Source: Propionibacteriales bacterium
Lineage (GTDB): Bacteria; Actinomycetota; Actinomycetes; Propionibacteriales; Nocardioidaceae
Assembly: GCA_038242265.1 (NCBI GenBank)
Contig: JBBSSH010000003.1
Location: 37,750-101,749, forward strand
Direction: 5' to 3'
DNA: 64,000 bases
Positions 8,676 to 18,353 of the stretch are shown here, one piece after another (position 1 is the first letter of the stretch; every line of letters begins with the position of its first letter). Below the pieces are notes generated by a model. The model worked only from the letters and a program-made list of their open reading frames with translations. It was not told where the DNA came from and did not search any database. Made by a program: the position numbers and the translations under genes.

Positions 8676-10421
8676 ATGCGTGTGATGTCGCAGATGGCCA
8701 TGGTCATGAACCTGGACAAGTGCATCGGGTGCCACACCTGCTCGGTGACGTGCAAGCAGGCGTGGACCAACCGGACCGGCACCGAATACGTCTGGTTCAA
8801 CAACGTCGAGACCCGCCCCGGGCAGGGATACCCGCGTACCTATGAGGACCAGGAGAAGTGGCAGGGCGGCTGGGAACTCAACAAGCGCGGACGCCTCACC
8901 CTCAAAGCAGGTGGGCGCTTCAAGAAGCTCGCCACGATCTTCTCCAATCCCAAGATGCCCTCGATCCAGGACTACTACGAGCCCTGGACCTACGACTACG
9001 CGACCTTGACCGACGCGCCGGCCCAGGAACACACGCCTGTTGCGCGCCCGAAGTCGTTGCTCACGGGCAAGAACATGAAGGTCGAGTGGTCCTCCAACTG
9101 GGACGACAACCTCGGCGGCTCGAAGGCCACCCTGGAACACGACCCGATGTTGGCCAAGATCGCCGACAAGGTGAAGTTCGAGTTCGAGCAGAGCTTCATG
9201 TTCTACCTGCCGCGGATCTGCGAACACTGCCTGAACCCTTCCTGCGCAGCTGCGTGCCCCAGCGGTGCGATCTACAAACGCGAGGAGGACGGCATCGTCC
9301 TGGTCGACCAGGACCGGTGCCGTGGGTGGCGGATGTGTGTGACCGGATGCCCGTACAAGAAGGTCTACTTCAACCACAAGACCGGCAAGGCCGAGAAGTG
9401 CACGTTCTGCTTCCCGCGCATCGAGGTGGGCCTGCCCACCGTGTGTGCGGAGACCTGCGTCGGTCGGCTGCGCTACATCGGCCTGATCTTCTATGACGCA
9501 GACCGTGTGCTTGAAGCAGCGTCGGTGGAGAACGACCACGACCTCTACGAGGCCCAGCGATCGATCCTGCTCGACCCGAACGATCCCGAGGTGATTGCTG
9601 CCGCCGAACGCGACGGCATTCCCCACGACTGGATCGAGGCCGCACAGCGCTCGCCGATCCACGCACTGATCAACGTCTTCAAGGTCGCGCTACCCCTCCA
9701 CCCGGAATACCGCACCATGCCGATGGTCTGGTACATCCCGCCGCTGTCGCCGGTCGTCGACGTGGTCAGGGACACCGGCTATGACGCGGAGGACAAGGGC
9801 AATCTCTTCGCCGCCATCGACGCGCTCCGTATCCCGATCGAATACCTCGCCGAACTCTTCGCCGCCGGCGACGTCACGGTGGTCGACGGTGTGCTGAAGA
9901 AACTGGCAGCGATGCGCTCCTACATGCGCGACATCAACATGGGTCGTGAGGCCGACGCCTCGATCTGCGAAGCGGTCGGCATGAGCGAGGAGGAGATGTA
10001 CGACATGTACCGACTCCTGGCCATCGCCAAATATGACGAGCGCTACGTCATCCCATCAGCGCACTCCGAGCAGGCACACTCCCTGGAGGAGCTGGGCACC
10101 GAATGCGCGGTCGCTGGTTATGGCGGCGGGCAGCAGGGGCTCTTCGGTGAGGGTTCGGGCAAGCCCGTCCCGATCGCGGTGGAGAATTTCCAGATGCTCC
10201 AGAACCGTCAGACCGCCGACACCATGGCCTCGCCCGATGACAAGTCGAGCCGGGTAAATCTGCTCAACTGGGACGGCAAAGGCGCGCCTTCAGGGATGTT
10301 CCCGCCACGTTCGGATGTCGCCGACTCCCTCCCGGACGGCTCCGTGATCGACACCAGCCATGACGGTGAGACCGGTCCGGGCGGCACGGGTGGACTGACC
10401 GGAGGGGCGGATCTTCGATGA
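8676..10421 (+). CDS. narH: Respiratory nitrate reductase beta subunit
   Basis: MVMNLDKCIGCHTCSVTCK, CEHCLNPSCAAACP, CRGWRMCVTGCPY, KCTFCFPR. Confidence 0.99.
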   Translation: MRVMSQMAMVMNLDKCIGCHTCSVTCKQAWTNRTGTEYVWFNNVETRPGQGYPRTYEDQEKWQGGWELNKRGRLTLKAGGRFKKLATIFSNPKMPSIQDYYEPWTYDYATLTDAPAQEHTPVARPKSLLTGKNMKVEWSSNWDDNLGGSKATLEHDPMLAKIADKVKFEFEQSFMFYLPRICEHCLNPSCAAACPSGAIYKREEDGIVLVDQDRCRGWRMCVTGCPYKKVYFNHKTGKAEKCTFCFPRIEVGLPTVCAETCVGRLRYIGLIFYDADRVLEAASVENDHDLYEAQRSILLDPNDPEVIAAAERDGIPHDWIEAAQRSPIHALINVFKVALPLHPEYRTMPMVWYIPPLSPVVDVVRDTGYDAEDKGNLFAAIDALRIPIEYLAELFAAGDVTVVDGVLKKLAAMRSYMRDINMGREADASICEAVGMSEEEMYDMYRLLAIAKYDERYVIPSAHSEQAHSLEELGTECAVAGYGGGQQGLFGEGSGKPVPIAVENFQMLQNRQTADTMASPDDKSSRVNLLNWDGKGAPSGMFPPRSDVADSLPDGSVIDTSHDGETGPGGTGGLTGGADLR

Positions 10422-11158
10422 AGTTGACACTTCCCAAGGGCATGGGAGCGAAACGACTGCGGGGGCTGAACGAAGCAGAGTTGACGATCGCTTGGCAGTC
10501 GGCCTCGCTGTTGCTCGACTATCCGGACGAAACCCTGCCTCACAGACTTGAGTTGGTGCTCCAGGGAGTGACCGATCTGCCGGACCACGTGGGTGGACCG
10601 CTGGCCCAGTGCGCTGCCAGATTGGCCGAGGTGGAACTGGGGGAACTGCAGCAGGACTATGTCGAGACCTTCGACAACCGCCGGCGACACAACCTCTTCC
10701 TCACCTACTTCGCTCACGGCGACACCCGCAAACGTGGTCTGGCCCTGCTGAGGTTCAAGCAGACCTACCAACAGTTCGGGGTCGACCTCGACGAGTCGAC
10801 TCCCGCCGGAGCCGAGTTGCCCGATCACCTGTGCGTGGTGCTGGAGTTCGCCGCCACGGTCGACCAGGACGCTGGCCGCCAGCTCATCCTTGACCACCGG
10901 GCTGGCCTCGAACTCTTACGCCTCTCGTTGGGCAACGTGGGTTCGCGCTGGGCCGGAGCCATCCAAGCAGTGACAGCCACGTTGCCTGCCCTCGGCGGTG
11001 ACGACATGGAAGCGATCCGTCGTCTCGCTGCCGAAGGTCCTCCTGACGAGGAGGTCGGCCTCACTCCCTACGCCACCCCCGCTTTCGATCCGGGCCCGGC
11101 GTCGCCGAGCTCGTCGCCCACGGCACTGCCCATGCCGTCGTTCCCAGGAGCTCGCTGA
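10418..11158 (+). CDS. narJ: Nitrate reductase molybdenum cofactor assembly chaperone
   Basis: LLLDYPD, QDYVETFD...LFLTYFAHGDTRKRG, ELPDHLCVVLEF; ATGA-coupled to narH. Confidence 0.95.
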   Translation: MKLTLPKGMGAKRLRGLNEAELTIAWQSASLLLDYPDETLPHRLELVLQGVTDLPDHVGGPLAQCAARLAEVELGELQQDYVETFDNRRRHNLFLTYFAHGDTRKRGLALLRFKQTYQQFGVDLDESTPAGAELPDHLCVVLEFAATVDQDAGRQLILDHRAGLELLRLSLGNVGSRWAGAIQAVTATLPALGGDDMEAIRRLAAEGPPDEEVGLTPYATPAFDPGPASPSSSPTALPMPSFPGAR

Positions 11159-11160
11159 CC

Positions 11161-11889
11161 ATGGACATTTTCTTGTGGGTGATCATTCCCTACCTCTGCA
11201 TCGCCACCTTCTGGGTCGGTCACTTCTGGCGCTACCGCTACGACAAGTTCGGCTGGACCACCCGCTCCAGTCAGCTCTACGAAGTGCGCCTGTTGCGTCT
11301 GGGATCGCCCCTGTTCCACTTCGGCATGCTCGGTGTCGTCGGTGGGCACGTCATCGGTCTGTTGGTGCCGCAGTCGTGGACCGACGCTGTCGGTATCAGC
11401 CATGAGGCCTACCACGTGGCAGCGATCGGGGGTGGGCTGGTCGCTGGTGTGATGACGGTGGTCGGCATGGCGATCCTGATCTATCGTCGCCGCACGGTCG
11501 GGCCGGTCTTCTCTGCCACGACCGTGATGGACAAGGTGATGTACGCCTTCCTCGCCACCGCCATCCTCCTCGGCATGTGGAACACGATCGCGGGTGGCAT
11601 CCTGACCATCGGTGGTGAATACAACTACCGCGAGGGCGTCTCGGTCTGGTACCGCTCCTTCCTCGCCTTCCAGCCTGATGCTGCGTTGATGGCCAAGGCT
11701 CCTCTGGGGTTCCAGCTGCACGCCCTGGTGGCCTTCGGGCTGTTCGCGTTGTGGCCCTTCACCCGGCTCGTGCATGTCTTCAGCGCTCCGGTGGGTTACG
11801 TGACACGTCCCTACATCGTGTACCGCAGCCGTGACGAAGCACTGGGCAGCCACCGACCCAAGCGCGGTTGGGACCGACTCTCCTCGTGA
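11161..11889 (+). CDS. narI: Respiratory nitrate reductase gamma subunit (cytochrome b)
   Basis: RYRYDKFGWTTRSSQ, FHFG...GH, FQLHAL...PFTRLVH heme ligands. Confidence 0.98.
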   Translation: MDIFLWVIIPYLCIATFWVGHFWRYRYDKFGWTTRSSQLYEVRLLRLGSPLFHFGMLGVVGGHVIGLLVPQSWTDAVGISHEAYHVAAIGGGLVAGVMTVVGMAILIYRRRTVGPVFSATTVMDKVMYAFLATAILLGMWNTIAGGILTIGGEYNYREGVSVWYRSFLAFQPDAALMAKAPLGFQLHALVAFGLFALWPFTRLVHVFSAPVGYVTRPYIVYRSRDEALGSHRPKRGWDRLSS

Positions 11890-12353
11890 CCTCCGAGCCC
11901 TGGTCGTCCGCCGCCGACATCCGTGTCGGTCGGCGGTGCCAGGACCACCAGGAGACTTCCTTGACCGTCCAAGAGGTCATGGTTCGCCATCCCAAGGTGT
12001 TGCCAGCCAGCGCTTCGCTGGATGAGGCGAGGCTGATGCTGTCGGATGATCACGTGCACATCGTGCTGTTGAACGATGGCCCGCGGCTGGTCGGGACCTT
12101 GACCCGCGGCGACCTGCCGTCCGACCGCTCCCCAGGACGAGCACTTACGTGGTCCACGCTCATCGACCGGACCGTACTTCCTGATGTCCCGGCCGCCGTG
12201 GCACAGCGTCATCTGGTCGAGCACGGATTGCGCCGGCTGGCGGTCGTCGACGACGGCGATCACCTGATGGGCCTGCTGTGCCTGAAGCGACGTATGACCG
12301 GTTTCTGCTCCGACTCGGATGTCGATTCGCGCGCCAGTGGCCGTCCCTCCTAG
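11886..12353 (+). CDS. CBS domain-containing protein
   Basis: TVQEVM..P..L...ASL.EA..M...HV..LL..LVG.LTRGDL and LRRLAVVDD..HLMGLL; GTGA overlap with the narI stop. Start could also be ATG 11979. Confidence 0.75.
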   Translation: MTSEPWSSAADIRVGRRCQDHQETSLTVQEVMVRHPKVLPASASLDEARLMLSDDHVHIVLLNDGPRLVGTLTRGDLPSDRSPGRALTWSTLIDRTVLPDVPAAVAQRHLVEHGLRRLAVVDDGDHLMGLLCLKRRMTGFCSDSDVDSRASGRPS

Positions 12354-12364
12354 AAAGGAACCGC

Positions 12365-13513
12365 GTGGGAGACCCCGTCGAAATGGGCGATGGCCTTGCC
12401 CGGCCGGACCAGCGGTCCACCTACGACGCTCTGCTTGCTGCCTGTCCGGTGACGTCCGAGGATGGCCGATGGCTGGTCCTGGGCCATGCAGAAGTCGTGC
12501 AGGCCGCACTCGATCCCACGAACTTCTCAAGTCGCGTGACCGATCGTCTGGCCATCCCCAATGCCCTCGACGGGGATGAGCACGCTGCCTATCGCGCTGT
12601 CGTGGATCGCTACTTCACCGAGGAAGCGGTGGACGGTCAGGAGGAACAATGCCGCCGCCACGCCATCGCAATCGTCGATGCGCTGCCCCGCGAGGTCACG
12701 GTCAAGACGATCGGCAGTATCGGGACCCCCTACGCAGTGCGGTCGCAGTCGACGTGGCTCGGGTGGCCGGAGGAACTCGAGGCTGAACTGGTTGCGTGGA
12801 TAGCGGACAACCACGGTGCCACCAGGTCGGGTGACAGAGCACTCATGGCGGCAGTGGCCGACCGGTTCGACCGGATGATCCATGGGCTGCTGCAGTCACG
12901 TCGAGACCAGCCTGCCAGTGATGTCACCGCCTGCCTCATGAACGACACCGTGGACGGTCGGCGCCTCACAGACCCGGAGATCGTCTCCATCCTGCGCAAC
13001 TGGACCGCAGGGGATCTCGGATCCTTGGCAACGTCGGTGGGCGTGCTGGTCCATTTCCTCGCCACGCACGCTCAGGTCCAGGAAACGTTGCGTGAGATCT
13101 CACAGAAGAGGGACGCACGCGCGATGGAGGCCGCCATCGAGGAGATCCTGCGCATCGATGATCCGTTCGTCGCAAACAGGCGCGTGACGACTCAGCCGGT
13201 CGACATCGGAGGCGTGCTCCTCCCGCAAGGCGCACTCGTCCTGCTGAACTGGACCGCTGCCAATCGCGACCCTTCGGTCTTTGTTGACCCGGACCGTTTC
13301 GACCCGGTGGGGAATGCAAAGACAAACCTGGTCTTCGGTGCCGGCCCTCACGTCTGTCCCGGGCGTGGGCTGACGCTGATGGAGTTGCGCGTGCTGCTCG
13401 AGGAACTGCTGGGTCGGACCACCTGGATCGACCCAGCTCCGGACCGCCCGGCGGTTCGTGAGATGCCCCCGGTGGGCGGTTGGGCCCGGGTACCCGTCGT
13501 GCTGCGCGGCTAG
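12365..13513 (+). CDS. Cytochrome P450 with atypical I-helix
   Basis: FGAGPHVCPG heme motif, EEILR (ExxR), DPDRFDP, HxxxR. SD AGAAAGGAA precedes GTG 12365. Confidence 0.92.
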   Translation: MGDPVEMGDGLARPDQRSTYDALLAACPVTSEDGRWLVLGHAEVVQAALDPTNFSSRVTDRLAIPNALDGDEHAAYRAVVDRYFTEEAVDGQEEQCRRHAIAIVDALPREVTVKTIGSIGTPYAVRSQSTWLGWPEELEAELVAWIADNHGATRSGDRALMAAVADRFDRMIHGLLQSRRDQPASDVTACLMNDTVDGRRLTDPEIVSILRNWTAGDLGSLATSVGVLVHFLATHAQVQETLREISQKRDARAMEAAIEEILRIDDPFVANRRVTTQPVDIGGVLLPQGALVLLNWTAANRDPSVFVDPDRFDPVGNAKTNLVFGAGPHVCPGRGLTLMELRVLLEELLGRTTWIDPAPDRPAVREMPPVGGWARVPVVLRG

Positions 13514-15030
13514 GGACGGCGACGCTTGCGTTCCGCGAGGTACTCCAGGGGTTCCGGCTCCGGTCCGAACCTCTGGTTGCACGTCCACCCTGCACAGGTG
13601 AGGAGTTCCGATCGTCTGATGTCCAGAGAGTTCTGCACGTCGACATAACGGGGATCGTCGAAGAGATTGATCATCTCGTCAGGGTCACGCGCCCGGTCGT
13701 AGAGGAACCCGTCACTGCCGTCGGTGCCGTAGAGGTAGCGCGCCGTGCGAACACCCCGGTGGGACCAGCCGTCACCCAGAGTGCGGCCCGTCTGGACCAG
13801 AGTGGTGTCACGGAAGGTCTCGGTCTGCGACTGCCCACGCAGGGTGGGATCCAACGAAGTGCCGTCCACCGACCACGCGGGGGAGACACCCGCCAGCGCA
13901 GCAAAGGTGACCGGTAGATCGACCAGGGAGACGGGAAGGTCGGAGGACGTGCCAGCCGCGATGCCCGGGCCGCGGATCACGAGAGGGATCCGTAGAGCCT
14001 CATCGGTCAGCACGTCCTTGCCGATGAATCGGTGTTCCCCCAAGGAGTAGCCGTTGTCGGAGGTGAAGACGATGAAGGTGTCGTCCAGCACCCTTTCGGC
14101 TGCCAACGTGTCCACGAGCGTGCCCACGGCGCGGTCGACCGCTTGAAGGGACTGTAGACGGGCGCGATTCTCGGCGGCGACATCTGCTCGTGACACCTTC
14201 GGACGATGGCGCAGATAGGCGGGTTGGTCTCCGATGTCCTGCTCATTGAACGCAGGATCCTCGAACGAGGTGGGTGTGGCGCGAAGAAATGCATCCTGAT
14301 CGCGGGGGTCGGCAGGTGGAAGACCCCGAACCCCGCCCGGGCTGATCCGGTAGTGAGGGGCGAGATGCCAGGAGTAGATCACGAAGGGATCACCCGATGC
14401 GGCGAATTCGCGGACGTACTCGTTGGTGCGGTTCTCGATCACGTGAGTGATGTAACTGTCGGTGTACTCCCGGGGCTCGCCATCTCCGGTCATGGTGAAG
14501 TTCACGTAGTCATAGGTGCCTCGCGTCAGTGCGTCCCACCTCGACCAGCCGGACGGACGGACATCCTGGGGGCCATAGCCGTTGAGGAACTTCCCCACGA
14601 AACCGGTGCTGTAGCCGGCATCGCGGAACCAGGCGATGGCCTCCTGCGAGGGATCCAGCGCCGCGAAGCCACCATGCGCACCCCGGTTGTGCTGAACACC
14701 GTTGTTCTGGGCGTACTGACCGGTCGACAACTCTGCCCGTGCCGGGCAGCAGAGCGGATGCGGAGAGATCGCAGCGGTGAACTCGGCCCCGGCCTCGGCC
14801 ACCAGACGACGGGTGATCGGCATGGCCGCGAGGTCATCCTCACGCATGTCATCGGTGAGGACGAAAACCACGTTGGGACGATTCGAGGAGCTCGCGCCGC
14901 CCGACTGTGCGGCGTTCACGATCCGGCCGGAACCGGTGGGCCGACCTCCGTCATTGGCGATGGCCGTCGTGAGCGCAGCAACCAGAACAATGAGCAGAGC
15001 CGCCGAGAGCGATTGCACCCACGCACGCAT
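13510..15030 (-). CDS. Secreted or membrane-anchored sulfatase (N-acetylglucosamine-6-sulfatase-like)
   Basis: N-terminal hydrophobic segment, PNVVFVLTDD, formylglycine motif CCPARAELSTGQY, FTSDNGYSLGEH. Start uncertain. Confidence 0.88.
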   Translation of the reverse strand: MRAWVQSLSAALLIVLVAALTTAIANDGGRPTGSGRIVNAAQSGGASSSNRPNVVFVLTDDMREDDLAAMPITRRLVAEAGAEFTAAISPHPLCCPARAELSTGQYAQNNGVQHNRGAHGGFAALDPSQEAIAWFRDAGYSTGFVGKFLNGYGPQDVRPSGWSRWDALTRGTYDYVNFTMTGDGEPREYTDSYITHVIENRTNEYVREFAASGDPFVIYSWHLAPHYRISPGGVRGLPPADPRDQDAFLRATPTSFEDPAFNEQDIGDQPAYLRHRPKVSRADVAAENRARLQSLQAVDRAVGTLVDTLAAERVLDDTFIVFTSDNGYSLGEHRFIGKDVLTDEALRIPLVIRGPGIAAGTSSDLPVSLVDLPVTFAALAGVSPAWSVDGTSLDPTLRGQSQTETFRDTTLVQTGRTLGDGWSHRGVRTARYLYGTDGSDGFLYDRARDPDEMINLFDDPRYVDVQNSLDIRRSELLTCAGWTCNQRFGPEPEPLEYLAERKRRRP

Positions 15031-15318
15031 GTAGTAGTTCCTCGCCGGTACCCGGGGACCATCGTCGCTTCCCCGTTGAGGCGCCAGACTAGGTCGTCGC
15101 AACTGGTCTCCCCAAAGCGACACCTGTCATGGTGAGCGACCGTTTGCATTCCGAGGTGCGAATGGCCGTTCACGTACCATGCACACACTGCGGCTGTGGC
15201 GAGTGAGGCCGCTCTGGATACGCTGCCGCTTCCCCACAACGAGACAAGGAACATCCGCGCCCTTCATGGACGAGAGCCAAACCAGCCGCACGGCCGCACC
15301 GAACCACAGGTGTGAGTC

Positions 15319-16674
15319 GTGACGCCCTTTCTGCTTCTGCTCGCCTCTTTGGCGCTCATCGCCGCGTGCGGACTGTTCGTCGCCGCTGAGTTCTCCTTCG
15401 TCACCGTGGACCGTTCGACGGTCGAACGTGCGGCTGCTGCGGGTGACGAGGGCGCTCGAGGGGTGCAACTGGCGCTGAAGTCACTGTCCACCCAGCTCTC
15501 GGGCGCGCAGGTCGGCATCACCGTGACCAATCTTGCGATCGGTTTTCTGGCCGAGCCGGCCATCTCCCAGCTGATCGACGGGCCACTGGAAGCCGCAGGT
15601 GTGCCTGGCGGCGCGGTGGCACCGCTGTCGTTGTTCCTCGGCCTTCTCATCGGAACTGTCCTCACCATGATCTTCGGGGAGATGGTGCCCAAGAACATCG
15701 CCATTGCGCGGCCGTTGCAGACAGCGCGGACGACCCAGAGCTTCATGCGTGGTTTCACCGCGCTCGCCAGCGGGCCCATCCGCGTCCTGAACGGCTCGGC
15801 CAACCTGCTGGTCCGACGGCTGGGCATCGAGCCTCAGGAAGAACTCCGCTCCGCACGCAGCTCTCAGGAGCTGGCCTCACTCGTCCAACGCTCGGCCGAT
15901 CAAGGCACGCTCGATCATGAGACTGCCGAACTGGTCGAGAGGTCCGTGGAATTCGGTCAGCACACCGCCGGCGAGATCATGACCCCCCGCGTGCGCACCA
16001 CCACCGTGGAAGAGGCCGATCGTGTCTCGACCGTCATCGAGCTGGCGCGTCAGACGGGGCACTCCCGCTTCCCGGTGCTCGACTCCGAGGACACCGTCGT
16101 GGGCACGGTGCACGTCAAACATGCCGTGGCGGTGCCGATCCACGAACGGGCCACGACGCGCATCAAGCACGTCATGGTCAAACCGGTGGTCGTACCGGAC
16201 AGCTTGCGTCTGGACCCGCTGCTCGCGTTGTTACGTGCCGACGGGTTCCAGATGGCCATCGTGCTCGATGAGTACGGCGGACACGCAGGCATCGTCACGC
16301 TCGAGGACGTGGTGGAAGAAATTGTCGGCGACATCTCCGACGAGCACGACCGGTTGGGCTCCCGCATCCGCCAGCGCCGCGACGGGAGTTGGACCCTGTC
16401 GGGCCTCCTACGCCCCGACGAGGTGGAGGACGCGACCGACATCGAGCTCCCCGACCACGAGGACTACGACACGGTGGCAGGACTGGTGATGCGTCATCTC
16501 GGCAAGATCCCGGTGCGGGGGGACCGCATCGAGGTGGCCGTGCCCGATCGGAGCGAGCTCAACGATGCACGCGAGCGCCTGGTCACCTTGACGGTGGAAC
16601 GCATGGAGGGACTGCGCATCGACCGTCTCGAGTTGCGCCTGGTGAACGACGCTGCCACCGAGGTCACCCCATGA
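15319..16674 (+). CDS. HlyC/CorC (CNNM-CBS-CorC) family membrane protein
   Basis: FVAAEFSFV, GEMVPKNIAI, MTPR, HSRFPV, DEYGGHAGIVTLEDVVEEIVG, C-terminal CorC_HlyC domain. Confidence 0.92.
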   Translation: MTPFLLLLASLALIAACGLFVAAEFSFVTVDRSTVERAAAAGDEGARGVQLALKSLSTQLSGAQVGITVTNLAIGFLAEPAISQLIDGPLEAAGVPGGAVAPLSLFLGLLIGTVLTMIFGEMVPKNIAIARPLQTARTTQSFMRGFTALASGPIRVLNGSANLLVRRLGIEPQEELRSARSSQELASLVQRSADQGTLDHETAELVERSVEFGQHTAGEIMTPRVRTTTVEEADRVSTVIELARQTGHSRFPVLDSEDTVVGTVHVKHAVAVPIHERATTRIKHVMVKPVVVPDSLRLDPLLALLRADGFQMAIVLDEYGGHAGIVTLEDVVEEIVGDISDEHDRLGSRIRQRRDGSWTLSGLLRPDEVEDATDIELPDHEDYDTVAGLVMRHLGKIPVRGDRIEVAVPDRSELNDARERLVTLTVERMEGLRIDRLELRLVNDAATEVTP

Positions 16675-17735
16675 GCCCTGATCTCTTCGGCGTACTCCTT
16701 GCGGTCGTTCTGCTCATCCTCAACGCCTTCTTCGTCGGCGCAGAGTTCGCCCTGCTGGCTGCCCGACGCAGTCAGATCGAGCCCTTGGCGCAAGATGGCT
16801 CCCGGGCTGCGCGCACGACCCTTCGGGCCATGGAGCACGTGTCACTGGTCATGGCCGGAGCACAACTGGGCATCACCATCTGTTCATTGGCGCTCGGTGC
16901 CATCGGTGAGCCAGCAGTGGCGCACCTGTTGAGGCCCCTCTTCCATCTGGCTCGGGTGCCTGAGAGCGCCCTGCACCCGGTCTCCTTCGTGGTGGCAATG
17001 TCGATCGTGGTCTATCTGCATGTGGTCCTCGGCGAGATGGTGCCCAAGAACATCGCGCTGGCGGGACCTGACCGTGCCGCCCTGGTCCTGAGCCCGCCGA
17101 TGATGGTGATCGTGACAGTGCTTCGTCCGGTGATCGCGGCCATGAACTTCCTCGCCAACGGCGTCCTGCGACTGCTCAGGATCGAGCCCAAGGATGAGGT
17201 CAGTTCGAGTTTCACGCGTGAAGAGGTCGCTGCTCTGGTGGAGGAGTCGCGCGGCGAGGGAATGATCGAAGCCGCGGAGTACACCAGGCTCGCCGGCGCG
17301 TTGGGCTTCACGGAGAAGACCGTTGCGACCGTGATCATGCCGCAGGACAGCCTGGCCACCGTGACGCCTGGCTCCACGGTCGCCGATGTCGAATCCCTCT
17401 GTGCTGCCACGGGCTTCAGCCGCTTTCCCGTCGCCGGTACGGACGGGTCGCTGCAGGGCTACCTGCACATCAAGGATGTGTTGGAGCCGGACGAGACACG
17501 ACGTGGCCGCGTGGTGGACAACAAATGGGTGCGTCCCTTTGCCTCGGTGAGTCCCGAAGACCTCCTGCACGATGCGCTGGAGACCCTGCAGGTCAAGGGC
17601 GCTCACATGGCACGAGTCGTGCGCCGGGACGGCCACGTACTCGGGGTGGTGACGCTGGAAGATGTGCTCGAGGAACTCGTCGGAGAGATCCGCGACGCCG
17701 CGCATCATGACGTGTCCGCTGCCGAGGCTGGGTAG
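16671..17735 (+). CDS. HlyC/CorC family membrane protein (shorter paralog)
   Basis: FFVGAEFAL, GEMVPKNIAL, FSRFPV, GVVTLEDVLEELVG; ATGA-coupled. Confidence 0.92.
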   Translation: MSPDLFGVLLAVVLLILNAFFVGAEFALLAARRSQIEPLAQDGSRAARTTLRAMEHVSLVMAGAQLGITICSLALGAIGEPAVAHLLRPLFHLARVPESALHPVSFVVAMSIVVYLHVVLGEMVPKNIALAGPDRAALVLSPPMMVIVTVLRPVIAAMNFLANGVLRLLRIEPKDEVSSSFTREEVAALVEESRGEGMIEAAEYTRLAGALGFTEKTVATVIMPQDSLATVTPGSTVADVESLCAATGFSRFPVAGTDGSLQGYLHIKDVLEPDETRRGRVVDNKWVRPFASVSPEDLLHDALETLQVKGAHMARVVRRDGHVLGVVTLEDVLEELVGEIRDAAHHDVSAAEAG

Positions 17736-18353
17736 GTGCTGGATATGGTCAGGCCTGTGTCTGACCAAACTTCTCGAACCTGGACGGTGCCGAACATCGT
17801 CAGCATGGTCCGTCTGGCCGGCATCCCGCTGTTCCTCTGGCTGGTGCTCGGGCCGGAGGAGGACGGCTGGGCTCTGGTAGTGCTGATGGTGGCCGGTTTC
17901 ACCGATTTTCTCGATGGATGGCTGGCCCGTCGGCTGAACCAGTTCTCCCAACTGGGCGAGATCCTGGATCCGGTCGCTGACCGCCTCTACATTCTCGCCG
18001 TGGTCGCGGGGCTCTACCTGCGAGACGTGATCCCCTGGTGGGTCGCACTCGCCCTCCCACTGCGCGATCTTCTCCTGTGGGGGCTGGTCCCTTTCCTGCG
18101 GACACGAGGATTCTCCGCACTGCCAGTGCACTTCTTGGGCAAGGCAGCCACGTTCAACCTGCTCTACGCCTTCCCGCTGATCCTGTTGGGGGAGGGCACA
18201 GGCGTGGTCGCGACCTTGGCGAGAGTCTTCGGCTGGGCCTTTGCCGGGTGGGGCATCGGCCTCTACTGGTGGGCGGGCCTCCTGTACGCCTGGCAGGTGT
18301 TCATCCTGCTCCGTGAGACGCCACGTTCCAGATCGGTCGCCGACAGTGGTTGA
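17736..18353 (+). CDS. pgsA2: CDP-alcohol phosphatidyltransferase
   Basis: TVPNIVSMVRL, TDFLDGWLAR...GEILDPVADR motif; conserved synteny. Confidence 0.92.
   Translation: MLDMVRPVSDQTSRTWTVPNIVSMVRLAGIPLFLWLVLGPEEDGWALVVLMVAGFTDFLDGWLARRLNQFSQLGEILDPVADRLYILAVVAGLYLRDVIPWWVALALPLRDLLLWGLVPFLRTRGFSALPVHFLGKAATFNLLYAFPLILLGEGTGVVATLARVFGWAFAGWGIGLYWWAGLLYAWQVFILLRETPRSRSVADSG

Noticed and set aside
5564-9662. Long minus-strand ORFs (5564-6865, 6920-7921, 8640-9662)
   Set aside because: Antisense shadows of narG/narH, typical of high-GC codon bias; no motifs.
10200-10421. Acidic Gly-rich C-terminal tail of NarH as a new domain
   Set aside because: Low-complexity extensions of NarH are common in actinobacteria; no motif seen.
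12278-12364. Track N-terminal extensions (P450 from 12278; likewise PPIase from 35653, tldE from 28354, YcaQ from 52653)
   Set aside because: They overlap neighbouring genes; internal starts with SD or stop-start coupling fit better.
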